Source: Eledone cirrhosa | Taxonomy: Eukaryota | Direction of reading: 5' to 3' | NCBI GenBank assembly: GCA_964016885.1 | Contig: OZ024741.1 | Span: forward strand, 169,446,001-169,510,000 | DNA: 64,000 bases | Shown here: positions 1-10,634 of the stretch, piece after piece | Position numbering within the stretch: the stretch's first letter is position 1 | Layout of the letters: the number at the start of each line of letters is the position of its first letter | The notes under the pieces: model-generated | Databases searched by the model: none | The model's input: the letters and a program-made list of their open reading frames with translations, nothing else | Told to the model about the DNA's origin: nothing | Position numbers and translations under genes: made by a program

Positions 1-445
1 TATGGTGGACACGTTTGAAAGGGCTGAAGACGAGCACTTACCTCTTCGGTGATGCCCTGATTAACTTTTTCAAATTTCATTTGAAAAGGAAAATCAGGGT
101 AGAGAGGGAAGTGCTCTCTTCCCAGCATTTTGTTGAAAGATGGGTGAGAGAAGCAAGTATGGCCCGAATGAATGGGCCTTCTCTGAGTATGTGTCTGTAA
201 ATTAAAGGTGGAAAACTGGGAGAGGGCACTTGCCTTGGTGGTCAGGGCCACTGTGTTCTTTTAATGGGCTTTCTCCACAAATGTCCCTCGGAAGTCTCCC
301 CCCTATTGGGGAATTTTTCTTTGTTATTTTATTTCATCCTCTGTTTTCTTTTACAGGCAGAAATGCCCATTTGTACCGTCCTGTATTGTTCTGTACTGTC
401 CTTAATGTCTACTTTATGTAAACCCTTGTGGTTAATAAAGAAAAC
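1..445 (+). mobile_element. 3' end (ORF2 C-terminus + 3' UTR) of an upstream copy of the Tx1-like non-LTR retrotransposon
   Basis: 1-200 aligns to 8729-8928 (10 substitutions counted by eye) and ends in TAA. The 3' UTR matches 8929-9190 with indels and ends GTTAATAAAGAAAAC, followed by (ATT)n and the same U1 upstream flank. Confidence 0.93.
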
Positions 446-933
446 ATTATTATTATTATTATTATTATTATCATTATTATTATAATAAAATTAACCGTGA
501 GAGACACTAAAGACACACACACAAATCTCAATTTGCATTATTCATCGATCTGCTGGAAACAACGTTGATATTTGTCTCAACTAACAGCCTCTCTCCTGGA
601 AGAAGGAAAAAACAGTGGTAAATACTTTTCTGCAAGTTTGTGATAGTAGTTAATGCTAAAAGCAAATGTTGAATTATTTCCCTTGACTAATACAAGATAG
701 TAGATTTGAAGGCGTAAGTAAAGATAGTTTAGTTGTTAAATTGATAAAGTTTGTATAAAGAAGAATAACTTTGAAAGTAAAGAGTATTGAATAAGTGTAT
801 AAATAAAATAATTTGCAAGTTGTATTGTTTTTTGTATTGTGGAATTAAATTTTCAGTAGTTGTTGATGGTATAAAGTCAGTAGATCTTTTGTAAGTATAA
901 TGTTATATGAAGAAAGTGATTATTGTATCTAGC

Positions 934-1096
934 ATACTTACCTGGCACAGGGGTTAACCATGATCCGCTAGGTGGTTCTCCCAGAGTGAGGCTCTTCCAT
1001 TGCACTGCGGTTGGGTTGACCTTTGCGATCGCCCCAAATGTGGGCGACTCGGGTGCGCTATTTCTAAGTGTGGGGTCTGCGTTCGCGCTCACCCCG
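934..1096 (+). ncRNA. RNU1: U1 spliceosomal snRNA (variant), copy 1
   Basis: Starts ATACTTACCTGG. It has the CCATGATC..GGTGG stem-loop I, the ATTGCAC U1A loop, CCCCAAATGTGGG stem-loop III and a 3' GGGGTCTGCGTTCGCGC..CCCC stem-loop IV. Length ~163 nt. Confidence 0.95.
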
Positions 1097-1103
1097 TAAA
1101 ATA

Positions 1104-1117
1104 ATCAAAAAGACAGA
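1104..1117 (+). terminator. snRNA 3'-box-like element downstream of U1 copy 1
   Basis: ATCAAAAAGACAGA ~8 nt after the U1 3' end resembles the AARRYAGA part of the metazoan snRNA 3' box; conserved in copy 2 (9862-9875). Confidence 0.55.
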
Positions 1118-2297
1118 ATTTTTACTATTATTAAATTATAATTATCTTTCTCTATTCTTTCACACAATCCACTTTACTCATTCTCTCATACAACCTAACT
1201 TTTCAGATTTATTTCTTTTACAAACTCCCTCATACAACCTTTTCCTATTCATGCAATCCTCACCTAACTCTTCTCTGCACTCTCAACTCTTGCCCACGCC
1301 GGCATATCATACACTAACACACCATTTCACCGGCTCTTGCCTACCTTTTCCACCACACATGCATCGTCCCTTCTATTTTCAATTAACAACAACTACCTTC
1401 ATTCTATTTCAATTCAGCCGCAATCACTCTTACCTTTCACACTTCTCTTCCAACATACACCCAACCGTCTGTCGTATATCTGAGTAATTAACCTCATAGA
1501 AACAACACTTAAATTTACCTCCTCTCACACATAACCTACATTATATGGAGAAAGATATCTGCCATTTTCACTCTTAGTATATCTTTCATCATACCACTGG
1601 CCAGCTAAATCATAACTTCCATCTTCCGACGGAGAAGACGCTCCTATCAGAAGAAATCATCAGGCTAGATCCAGAAACGATCTTATCTTATTTGTCGTCT
1701 AGCCTTCGGTCTCACGCCAGTTGGATTTACCCGTATTATCTCTCTAGTCATTCTTTTCTTATACATTCTAAACACACCTTCCTACTACCAGAGCGGTGAT
1801 CTTCCGATTCAGAAAATTCGCTGCTCTACCTGTAGCCACTCCCTCATCTCCAAGCTACACATCCAATCGACCAAGCTTATTCCAAACGCTTGTAAATCTA
1901 CATTTACAAATCAATACAACAAACAATTTACTTCAGCGTACACACACAGACATATATTACTAGCAAATCACTTATATATGGAACTTGTGAGCATGTGATA
2001 TCTCTAACAGGTCGCATCTTGAACTCAATCAAACAATCTAGCCTATACTAATATGGAAAGAGGACGTGCAATGATGATATGGAGTTTTAGGCTTTTCTTA
2101 AGCACAGAGATTGTTTTAGTGTCACTTGGATTTAAAATTTAATTATCTTTATTATCCACTTCTCAGTAGTGAGAACTTGATAAATATTTATTACAACAGT
2201 TAAACCAACTTCATTAAAGTATTATGTTGCTGTAGGTGTGTGTATAACATGCAACTAGATAAACTCTGATATAGTAGATAGATTCATGTGAAATATC

Positions 2298-3127
2298 TAT
2301 ATACAAGTGCACCACCATGTATTTTGGGAGTAAAAACCCAGCGTCCACATACTCCCTCCACAGCACTAATATCAAGAAGTCTTCTTGTGAACGTGACCTG
2401 GACATTGCGGTCAGCAGCGATTTGCGTTGGACGAAGCACGTCTCTAAAATTGTCAAGAGGGCCGAGGGTGTCTTAACATCACTCAGCAAGACCTTTGTCA
2501 GCCGCTCTCCTGCTATCTATTTAAGGCTGTACATGGCTATGGTGCGGCCACACTTAGAATTTGCATCACCAGTCTGGGACCCCTAGCTTGCTCAGAACAT
2601 TGACCGCCTGGAAACTGTTCAGAGACGTGCAACCAAGCGAATACCCTCCATCAGGCATCTACCGTACTCTGAGCGCCTTGCTTCCCTGGGCATGGATACA
2701 TTGAATCTCCGACGCCTGGCAACTGACTTGGTAAACACCGACAAAATTGTTAACCATCTTGCCAACAACAACCCTGAGTAGCTTTTTGATTTCCATGTGT
2801 CTAACACACGTGGGCATGCCCACAAAGTCTGAAAACAGTACAGTTCCCATGACTTTCGGAAACATTTTTTCACGCTCAGAGTTGCTGAAGAATGTAACAA
2901 ACTACCTGCATCGGTTGTTAGCTGTCAAGACACTGCATCCTTTAAGGCCTCCATGCTTCCCGAGATTCGCTAACACTACACCTAATGTCGCCCCCTCCCT
3001 CCCTCATACACACATGTATATCATGACTCATACACTATTCACTTCTCTGACTTTTGGTTTTTATTCTATGTACTATACATGCACCTTTGACGAGTTGTAG
3101 TGCACCTGAGCACTTTACACAATAATT

Positions 3128-3159
<32 letters not shown>
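2298..3159 (+). mobile_element. 5'-truncated, degenerate CR1/L2-group LINE 3' fragment with (ATT)n tail, part of the U1 repeat unit
   Basis: Translates to a CR1-type post-RT region (ERDLDIAVSSDLRW..LYMAMVRPHLEFASPVWDP*..LETVQRRATK..YSERL..TRGH..FRKHFF) with in-frame stops. Ends in (ATT)10 at 3130-3159. Confidence 0.85.
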
Positions 3160-3374
3160 GAATGCCATGGTTGACGGAGGCTCGGCTCTGTAAGGTATAG
3201 TAATTTTTAACCGTTAAAACAATTGTAAATTGTTTAAAACTTGAACCAAATTGTTGATAAAGACACCCTCCTCCTCGTGAGAGGGGTCTTTCTGTCCGTT
3301 ATTTGGCCCTTCGGGGTTAAATAACCAGTTATTGGGGTTTTGTACCCAAAATTTCATTTTAAACAAAAAACAAC

Positions 3375-5473
3375 ATGGCTACGAAAAAGAAATTTCATAC
3401 GTCATTCCCACTCATTCCGTCTTCTTCTTCCTCAATCATCACTACAGCAGAGAGAAGATTGTCTCTCTCCCTCCCTTCTTTAAATGTGTCTCTCTCCCTC
3501 CCTTCTCTTTCGCAAGTGACGAAAGAAAAGAAAAGTCTCGTGCAAAGCGTGCAAGGTTTCTCCACGACGACGACGACAGCGACGAAACAGGTGTGCGGGA
3601 AATACGAAAACCCAGTTCATTCGTCTGACGTCAGGAATAATAGCAGTAGCAGCCGTAATAACAACAGCAACAGTGACAATGAAAACAACAGTAGCAGCCG
3701 CAACAGCATCACCAGCAGCATAAACAACAACAGCATTAGCAGCAGCAACACCAACAACAACCACAGCAACAGCGGCGGAGGCAGTAGTCGTAGTACCTGC
3801 AGCAACAACAAAAGTACCAGCAGCTCTGACGACAACAACAACAGCAGAGAAAAACCAATCTCATTTGCAGGTATTGCGAAAAACTTGGAAACAATCCTCA
3901 TAACAAATGAGGAATTAGAGGAAGCGAAGAAGATGGTGACAAAGAACGGACACAGAGCAATCTGCAAGGCAGCGAAAAATTTTTTCGAAACCCAAGAGCA
4001 CTGTACGGTCACGTACCGTACAGTAAGTACAAAATCCCGTAGGGTGGAAAGAGCCACAGAGGCCCAAATACAAAAAGCCTTGGGGTCTGTGTGGCAGAGG
4101 AAAACGCACATCACCCGAGGCAAAAAAATACGCCACCGTAGACGTACTTTTTGCCACACCCCAGGAGGCAAAGGCCCAATCAGTAGTGACCCTAAGGAGC
4201 GAGGAAATGGTGTTGGTGCCCTCCTACTGCGGGCAAAAAATTGTGAGGGTCAAACTGACCCACGTCCCCCCCGGAATGACCCCTTCTTGGCTGGCCGCGT
4301 CTGTCCTCGTCGGAATCGAGGACAAAACAACTGTACTGCAAGTACAGAAAAAAGTAAGAGAAGATTGGGTCGGCTCCTCCATTGAGATGCTAATCCAAAC
4401 CAACCAGGAGTGCATCGAAGCTATCCCGGATGTGATAGACTTCGATAACGGCACTCAACTGCCCATAAGTGTTGAGGGCAAACGCCCGAAATGCTTTCGC
4501 TGTGGATCGAAGACTCACCTCAGGGCCTTCTGCAACGAGAAGACCCTGAGAAAGGAGAAACCCCCCCCTCCTTCCGAATCCGGCTCCACGGCTACCAGCA
4601 ACAGGACAAGCGGCAACCAGGAACGATAGGTCCGTGGCACCCATACCCACTCCACGGAAATCAAAGACAGCAGCAGCAGTGGAAATATTAACAACAACAA
4701 CAGCAATACCAAATGCAGCTGCAACAGAGACTCCAGTGCAAACATCACCAACAACAACAAGTGAAAGAGTGGAGATGGTACCCCTCCCCGACCTTACAGA
4801 ATCAGACATGGAGTGTGAGGTGGGAGAGGGATGGCAAAAGGTCGCAAGAAGGCACAAACGCAGAAGCAGCGCATCGTCGCCTTTGAAAAGGGAGGAAAGA
4901 AATGAGAAAAGGGTAAAGTCTACTGCAAAGAGACCCACAGCAGCAACACCACCAACACCATCACCACCCACACCAGCACCACCATCACCACCGGCGACAA
5001 CCCCACCGCCAACAACACCTTCAACACCACCACCACAAGCACCAACATCGCAAACACAACAACAAAACACACACACCCAGCAACAACGACAAGAAAATAG
5101 CAGAACCACACCCCACCCCCAGAAAAACAAATGCACGGCAATAAACACACACAACAAGAAACTAATGACTTACATAATTGAACACACAGACATTTCACAA
5201 CAGGACTACATAATACCAGCACCAATCAAAACGCCAACTAACATAAGACTGCTAAAAATAGCACAGAAACAATACACAAACATTAAAACGAAATTCCCCA
5301 ACGCAGTTGGTGATTTCAGGGACCTAGGAGGAACCATCAATCGAAGAGTATATTCAGACATTCTCTTAGAAGAGCCGACGACCAGCCGAAGGGAGGATTC
5401 AACGGTCCCTTCACCAGACGATCAAGTGAAAAGGGATGTAAAAACCATCCCTCCTCTACCAAAAGTACGGTAA
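3375..5473 (+). CDS. ORF1 gag-like nucleic-acid-binding protein with CCHC zinc knuckle, split by two +1 frameshifts (~698 aa if repaired)
   Basis: ATG at 3375. The frame changes at the A7 run (~4122-4128) into a frame containing CFRCGSKTHLRAFC (CX2CX4HX4C). It changes again at the C8 run (4561-4568) into a Pro/Thr-rich frame ending TAA at 5473. Confidence 0.78.
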
Positions 5474-5508
5474 GTGGTCTTTCCCATCTTTTCCACTCTA
5501 TTTTAAAC

Positions 5509-8500
5509 ATGACCTCACTCAGAATAGGCAGCATAAATGCGCGTGGCTTGGGGTCGTCATGGAAGCAGGGTCACCTGCTCAACGACCTCAGGTCACTAAA
5601 CATAGATGTAGTGGCCATCAGCGAGACCAGAATCTCTGAAGCACGGGCCTTCGCACCGATCTTCGGCGGCTACGATGTGTACGCATCTCCCAGCCGTCCT
5701 GGATCGGGTGGAGGAGTTGCTGTGCTTTTTCGGAGAGGTTTGGATCTCGCCATACGGGCCATCTTCCTGGACCCAGAGGGTAAGCTGGTGGTGCTGGACG
5801 TGACCAGCGGAGACGGGCAAGCTTTCAGGCTAGTGGCCGTCTATGCCCCGACAGGAGCAGGGCGGCCTGATTTCTTCAGGCGTCTGGAGACCTTTCTTGG
5901 AACGTCCCGCTCTTTAGTGTTAGTGGGCGACTGGAACGGGATCTTAGATGCACGCTGGGACTGTGTGGGATTAGCGGATAGGGGTGGAGGGTGCAAGAGC
6001 CTCACCAACCTGCTCAGGCGTTTTGAACTGTCTGACAGGTACCGATTGGATTTCCCGAATGTGCCAATGTGGACTTGGACAAACCGCATAGGGTCATCCA
6101 GATCATATCTAGATAGAGTATTTTGTAGGGAAATAGATAGGTCTAGCATAGGCTGTCCACAATTCAAGATAGTCAGCTACACGGACCACAAATTCGTGAC
6201 CTGTGTGCTTGACTTAGATAGGCTTCATAGACGAGGACCCGGCTACTGGAAGCTAAACGCGTCCTTACCAGCGCGCAAGGCCTACAGAGACCGGATTAGC
6301 GAACTAGTTAAGCGGGCGTTGACGGGGGCCATCGTCAACAACAAGTGGTGGTTTGCTCTGAAAAGAGCGATTAGAATAGAATCGATTAGGTTTAGTAAGG
6401 CTTTAGCAATAGAGAAAAATAGAGCAGAGGGAGAACTAGTTAGAAAATTAGACGAGGCGCTTAGCAAAGGCATTGCGACCGACGTGCTTGCGGCGAAATT
6501 GGCCCTTGACCAATTCTTCAATGCAAAGCACGAAGGCTGCGTTGTCAGAGCTAGGGTGCGTGCTCTCAGACACGAGGGGACGAAAGCCGTTCAATGGGCC
6601 CGAGTGGCGGAGGCGCGTCGTGGCAACAAAGCCACGATCCGGTCTTTGGTGGACCACGACGGGCGCATGCTACCCGATCCCGGGCAAATGTGTGAAGCTT
6701 TTCAGCGACACTTCGCTCAGCTGTTCGGGGGCAGCGGGGGGCCGGGTAGAGGGATGGACTTTAGTGTCTACCTCGACGGACTGCCGCGGCTCTCGGCCAC
6801 TGAGGCGAAGTGTTGCGAAAAGCCGATAACAGCCGCTGAAGTAAGGGAGGCAATGACTGGCTGCACAAGGGGTAAATCGCCTGGTTTGGATGGTCTGCCC
6901 TATGAACTTTACGTACAGATGCCAGACTTGTTCGGAGGCCTCTTAGCGGACGTCTACTGCAACTGGCAACAGAACGGGAGAATTCCCAGTTCTGTGAGCC
7001 GAGGAGCGGTGGCACTGCTGAGAAAGGATCCGAACAAGGGGGATAACATAGACAATTTCCGGCCCATAACTCTGCTAAACACAGAGTTTAAGATTTTGGC
7101 CAAGGTGCTAGCAAAGAGGTTGGCGCTTGTCGTTGGTGGTCTAGTGGGAGAGGCGCAGACATGCGCCATTCCCGACAGATCCATCCACGACAACCTCCAC
7201 CTCATGCGATACATCGTAGAGAGGGTAGCTAGGGAACCTGGCACGGGTGGGTCCTTGATCAATTTAGATCAGTCGAAAGCTTTCGATAGGGTCGACCATC
7301 GTTACCTAGCGGCAGTCCTGAGGGCGGCTGGCTTTGGGCCCGTCTTCAGAGGCTGGATCGCTGCCATGCACAGCGACATCTGCTCTGTGGTGAGAGTGAA
7401 CGGTCACCTGTCGGAACCGTTCAACATCATGCGCTCGGTCCGCCAAGGATGTCCCCTCTCGTCCCTCTTGTACGTATTGACTCTCGAGCCATTACTGCAC
7501 AAACTGGAGACGTTGAGGGGAGTCCCGCGCGAACTAGGATGCGGAAGATCCGTGTCAGCATATGCCGACGATGTCACCGTAGTGGTGTCGAACGCCAAAC
7601 ACATCGAGGCGATCGGCACTACACTAAGAGAATACGAAGCGGTGACAGGAGCAATGATCAACCAGGAAAAGTCAGTGGGCCTGCAGCTCGGCACCTGGAG
7701 AGGCAGGTCCATGCCGTCCAACAGCGTCGTCGGGCGCTGGACGGACGGACCGGTTAAATTGCTAGGGGTCTGGTTCGGTCCGGACCTCCAGACGGACAAA
7801 AACTGGGACGAGGTGACGAGCAGGGTGGCTTCTCTCACCCAGAAATGGGCGGAGAGGAAGCTATCCCTGAAAGGTCGAGCGGAGGTGGCTAACGCGTACA
7901 TCGCGTCTGTCATCTGCTACCGCCTAACCGTCGTACCTTGTCCTAAGCCTCGCCTGACTGCGCTGGAGCGTTTGCTCTTTCGCTTTTTGTGGAAGGGACG
8001 TGCTCCGATGGTCAGGCGGTCCATCTGTTGTCAACACCCGCTACGTGGAGGGCTGGGCATGCCGTGGCTGATGATGCGCAGGCACGCGCTCAGGCTACGA
8101 CATCTCCACCTCTTCCTCGACGGTGATCAGGTGTGGTCGCCGTTTGCTAGACGCGTTTTTCCCCAGCTCGTTTCCTTGACGGAGCTGCAGTCCTGGGTCA
8201 AGCGAAGACCGAGAGGGAGCGCCTGGAGACTGGAATGTCTTCAGGCGCTCACAGCCCTCGACCAATCGGGCAATGTGATCGGTGGAAACTCCACCTCGGC
8301 GTTCTATAGAGGATTAGTGGAGGGGAAGAGCGACGACGTACTTGGGGAAACTCTAGGCGTCGACGAAAATCAACTAGCCAATCTCTTCGGAAGAACTTTC
8401 GGGCCAGGGCCTATGGACAACTTCCAGAAATCTCTGGCCTGGCAGTGCTACCGAGGAGCCTTGCCAGTTCGGGATAAACTCTACAGGCATGGAGGTGCCG

Positions 8501-8928
8501 TCAGCCGGGCATGTCCGAGATGCGCGCAGGGCGACGAAACCGTCCTGCACGCACTCGTCCAGTGTCCGAAAATTGCTGACTTGTGGGTTTATGTCGAACA
8601 CCTGCTGTCGCGTTTAGGACGGATCCAGCTATCATCTGAGTCTATCGTGAGGATTGCCCCGCCCTCCTCCTTTAGCCGGGAAGGGCAGGCAGTTTTTATC
8701 TGTCTGGTGGCCATGGCGAAAGAGATAGTATGGTGGACACGTTTGAAAGGGCTGAAGACGAGCACTTACCTCTTCGGTGATGCTCTGATTGACTTTTTCA
8801 AATTTCATTTGAAAAGGAAAATCAGAGTAGAGAAGGAAGTGCTCTCTTCCCAGCATTTTGTTGAAAGATGGGTGAGAGAAGCAAGAATGGCCCGAGTGAA
8901 TGGGCCGACTCTGAGTATATATCTGTAA
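5509..8928 (+). CDS. ORF2: APE endonuclease + reverse transcriptase + C-terminal CCHC zinc finger (1139 aa, intact)
   Basis: APE motifs SINARGL, AISET, VAVYAP, LVGDWN, SYLDRV, YTDH. Linker GPGYWKLN. RT motifs KSPGLDGL, NFRPITLLN, LDQSKAFDRV, RQGCPLS, YADD. C-terminal CPRC..ETVLHALVQC. Confidence 0.97.
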   Translation: MTSLRIGSINARGLGSSWKQGHLLNDLRSLNIDVVAISETRISEARAFAPIFGGYDVYASPSRPGSGGGVAVLFRRGLDLAIRAIFLDPEGKLVVLDVTSGDGQAFRLVAVYAPTGAGRPDFFRRLETFLGTSRSLVLVGDWNGILDARWDCVGLADRGGGCKSLTNLLRRFELSDRYRLDFPNVPMWTWTNRIGSSRSYLDRVFCREIDRSSIGCPQFKIVSYTDHKFVTCVLDLDRLHRRGPGYWKLNASLPARKAYRDRISELVKRALTGAIVNNKWWFALKRAIRIESIRFSKALAIEKNRAEGELVRKLDEALSKGIATDVLAAKLALDQFFNAKHEGCVVRARVRALRHEGTKAVQWARVAEARRGNKATIRSLVDHDGRMLPDPGQMCEAFQRHFAQLFGGSGGPGRGMDFSVYLDGLPRLSATEAKCCEKPITAAEVREAMTGCTRGKSPGLDGLPYELYVQMPDLFGGLLADVYCNWQQNGRIPSSVSRGAVALLRKDPNKGDNIDNFRPITLLNTEFKILAKVLAKRLALVVGGLVGEAQTCAIPDRSIHDNLHLMRYIVERVAREPGTGGSLINLDQSKAFDRVDHRYLAAVLRAAGFGPVFRGWIAAMHSDICSVVRVNGHLSEPFNIMRSVRQGCPLSSLLYVLTLEPLLHKLETLRGVPRELGCGRSVSAYADDVTVVVSNAKHIEAIGTTLREYEAVTGAMINQEKSVGLQLGTWRGRSMPSNSVVGRWTDGPVKLLGVWFGPDLQTDKNWDEVTSRVASLTQKWAERKLSLKGRAEVANAYIASVICYRLTVVPCPKPRLTALERLLFRFLWKGRAPMVRRSICCQHPLRGGLGMPWLMMRRHALRLRHLHLFLDGDQVWSPFARRVFPQLVSLTELQSWVKRRPRGSAWRLECLQALTALDQSGNVIGGNSTSAFYRGLVEGKSDDVLGETLGVDENQLANLFGRTFGPGPMDNFQKSLAWQCYRGALPVRDKLYRHGGAVSRACPRCAQGDETVLHALVQCPKIADLWVYVEHLLSRLGRIQLSSESIVRIAPPSSFSREGQAVFICLVAMAKEIVWWTRLKGLKTSTYLFGDALIDFFKFHLKRKIRVEKEVLSSQHFVERWVREARMARVNGPTLSIYL

Positions 8929-9188
8929 ACTAAAGGTGGAAAACTGGGAGAGGGCACTTGCCTTGGTGGTCAGGGTCATTGTGGCTTTTTACTGGGCTTT
9001 CTCCACAAATGTCCCTCCGAAGTCTCCCCCCTATTGGGGAATTTTTCATTGTTATTTTCATTGTTATTTTTGTTACATCCTCTGTTTTTGTTTTTTTACA
9101 CGCAGAAATGCCCATTTGTACCGTCCTGCATTGTCCTGCACTGTCCTTAATGTCTACTTTATGTAAACCCTTGTGGTTAATAAAGAAA

Positions 9189-9246
<58 letters not shown>

Positions 9247-9691
9247 AATTAACCGTGAGAGACACTAAAGACACACACACAAATCTCAATTTGCGTTATT
9301 CATCGATCTGCTGGAAATAACGTTGATATTTGTCTCAACTAACAGCCTCTCTCCTGGAAGAAGGAAAAAACGGTGATAAATACTTTTCTGCAAGTTTGTG
9401 TTAGTAGTTAATGCTAACACCAAATGTTGAATTATTTCCCTTGATTAATACAAGATAGTAGATTTGAAGGCGTAAGTAAAGATAGTTTAGTTGTTAAATT
9501 GATAAAGTTTGTATAAAGAAGAATAACTTTGAAAGTAAAGAGTAGTGAATAAGTGGGTAAATAAAATAATTTGCAAGTTGTATTGTTTTTTGTATTGTGG
9601 CATTAAATTTTCAGTAGTTGTTGATGGTATAAAGTCAGTAGATCTTTCGTAAGTATAATGTTATATGAAGAAAGTGATTATGGTGTCTAGC

Positions 9692-9854
9692 ATACTTACC
9701 TGGCACAGGGGTTAACCATGATCCGCTAGGTGGTTCTCCCAGAGTGAGGCTCTTCCATTGCACTGCGGTTGGGTTGACCTTTGCGATCGCCCCAAATGTG
9801 GGCGACTCGGGTGCGCTATTTCTAAGTGTGGGGTCTGCGTTCGCGCTCACCCTG
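9692..9854 (+). ncRNA. RNU1: U1 spliceosomal snRNA (variant), copy 2
   Basis: Identical to 934-1096 except ACCCTG vs ACCCCG at the 3' end; homologous flanks; offset 8758 bp. Confidence 0.95.
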
Positions 9855-10382
9855 TAAAATAATCAAAAAGACAGACTTTTTACCATTAGTAAATTATGAT
9901 TATCTTTCTCTATTCTTTCACACAATCCACTTTACCCATTCTCTCATACAACCTAACTTTTCAGATTTATTTCTTTTACAAACTCCCTCATACAACCTTT
10001 TCCTATTCATGCAATCCTCACCTAACTCTTCTCTGCACTCTCAACTCTTGCCCACGCCGGCATATCATACACTAACACACCATTTCACCGGCTCTTGCCT
10101 ACCTTTTCCACCACACATGCATCGTCCCTTCTATTTTCAATTAACAACAACTACCTTCATTCTATTTCAATTCAGCCGCAATCACTCTTACCTTTCACAC
10201 TTCTCTTCCAACATACACCCAACCGTCTATCGTATATCTGAGTAATTAACCTCATAGAAACAACACTTAAATTTACCTCCTCTCACACATAACCTACATT
10301 ATATGGAGAAAGATATCTGCCATTTTCACTCTTAGTATATCTTCCATCATACCACTGGCCAGCTAAATCATAACTTCCATCA

Positions 10383-10634
10383 TAACAAACTACCTACATC
10401 GGTTGTTAGCTGTCGAGACACTGCATCCTTTAAGGCCTCCATGCTTCCCGAGATTCGCCAACACTACACCTAATGTCGCCCCCTCCCTCCCTCATACACA
10501 CATGTATATCATGACTCATACACTATTCACTTCCCTGACATTTGTGTTTTATTCTATGTACTATGCACCTTTGACGAGTTGTAGTGCACCTGAGCACTTT
10601 ACACAATAATTTCATTATTATTATTATTATTATT
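10383..10634 (+). mobile_element. Short 3' remnant of the CR1-like LINE with (ATT)7 tail in the deleted last U1 unit
   Basis: Matches ~2895-3159; joined to spacer sequence equivalent to ~1623 by a ~1.27 kb deletion. Confidence 0.85.

Larger units (their letters stand above)
3160..9190 (+). mobile_element. Full-length Tx1-like (L1 superfamily) non-LTR retrotransposon inserted in the (ATT)n of the U1 array spacer
   Basis: 5' UTR, gag-like ORF1, APE-RT ORF2 and 3' UTR with AATAAA, bounded on both sides by (ATT)n. The left flank (CACTTTACACAATAATTTC) and right flank (ATATAAATTAACCGTGAGAGACACT) are contiguous at the empty site 10595-10659. Confidence 0.92.

Noticed and set aside
490-510. TAACCGTGAGAG resembling a vertebrate snRNA PSE
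   Set aside because: About 440 bp upstream of U1 rather than at roughly -50 to -70; no PSE could be confidently called at the expected position.
3261-3291. TCCTCGT matching the R2 HDV-ribozyme L3 loop
   Set aside because: The flanking P3 has a C-A mismatch and no matching P1 was found; a simple GNRA hairpin explains it better.
934-9190. U1 gene as a captured part of the retrotransposon (U1-headed element)
   Set aside because: The empty site at ~10.6 kb shows the U1 unit exists without the element, and U1 keeps its own genomic flanks ~2 kb from the element 5' end.
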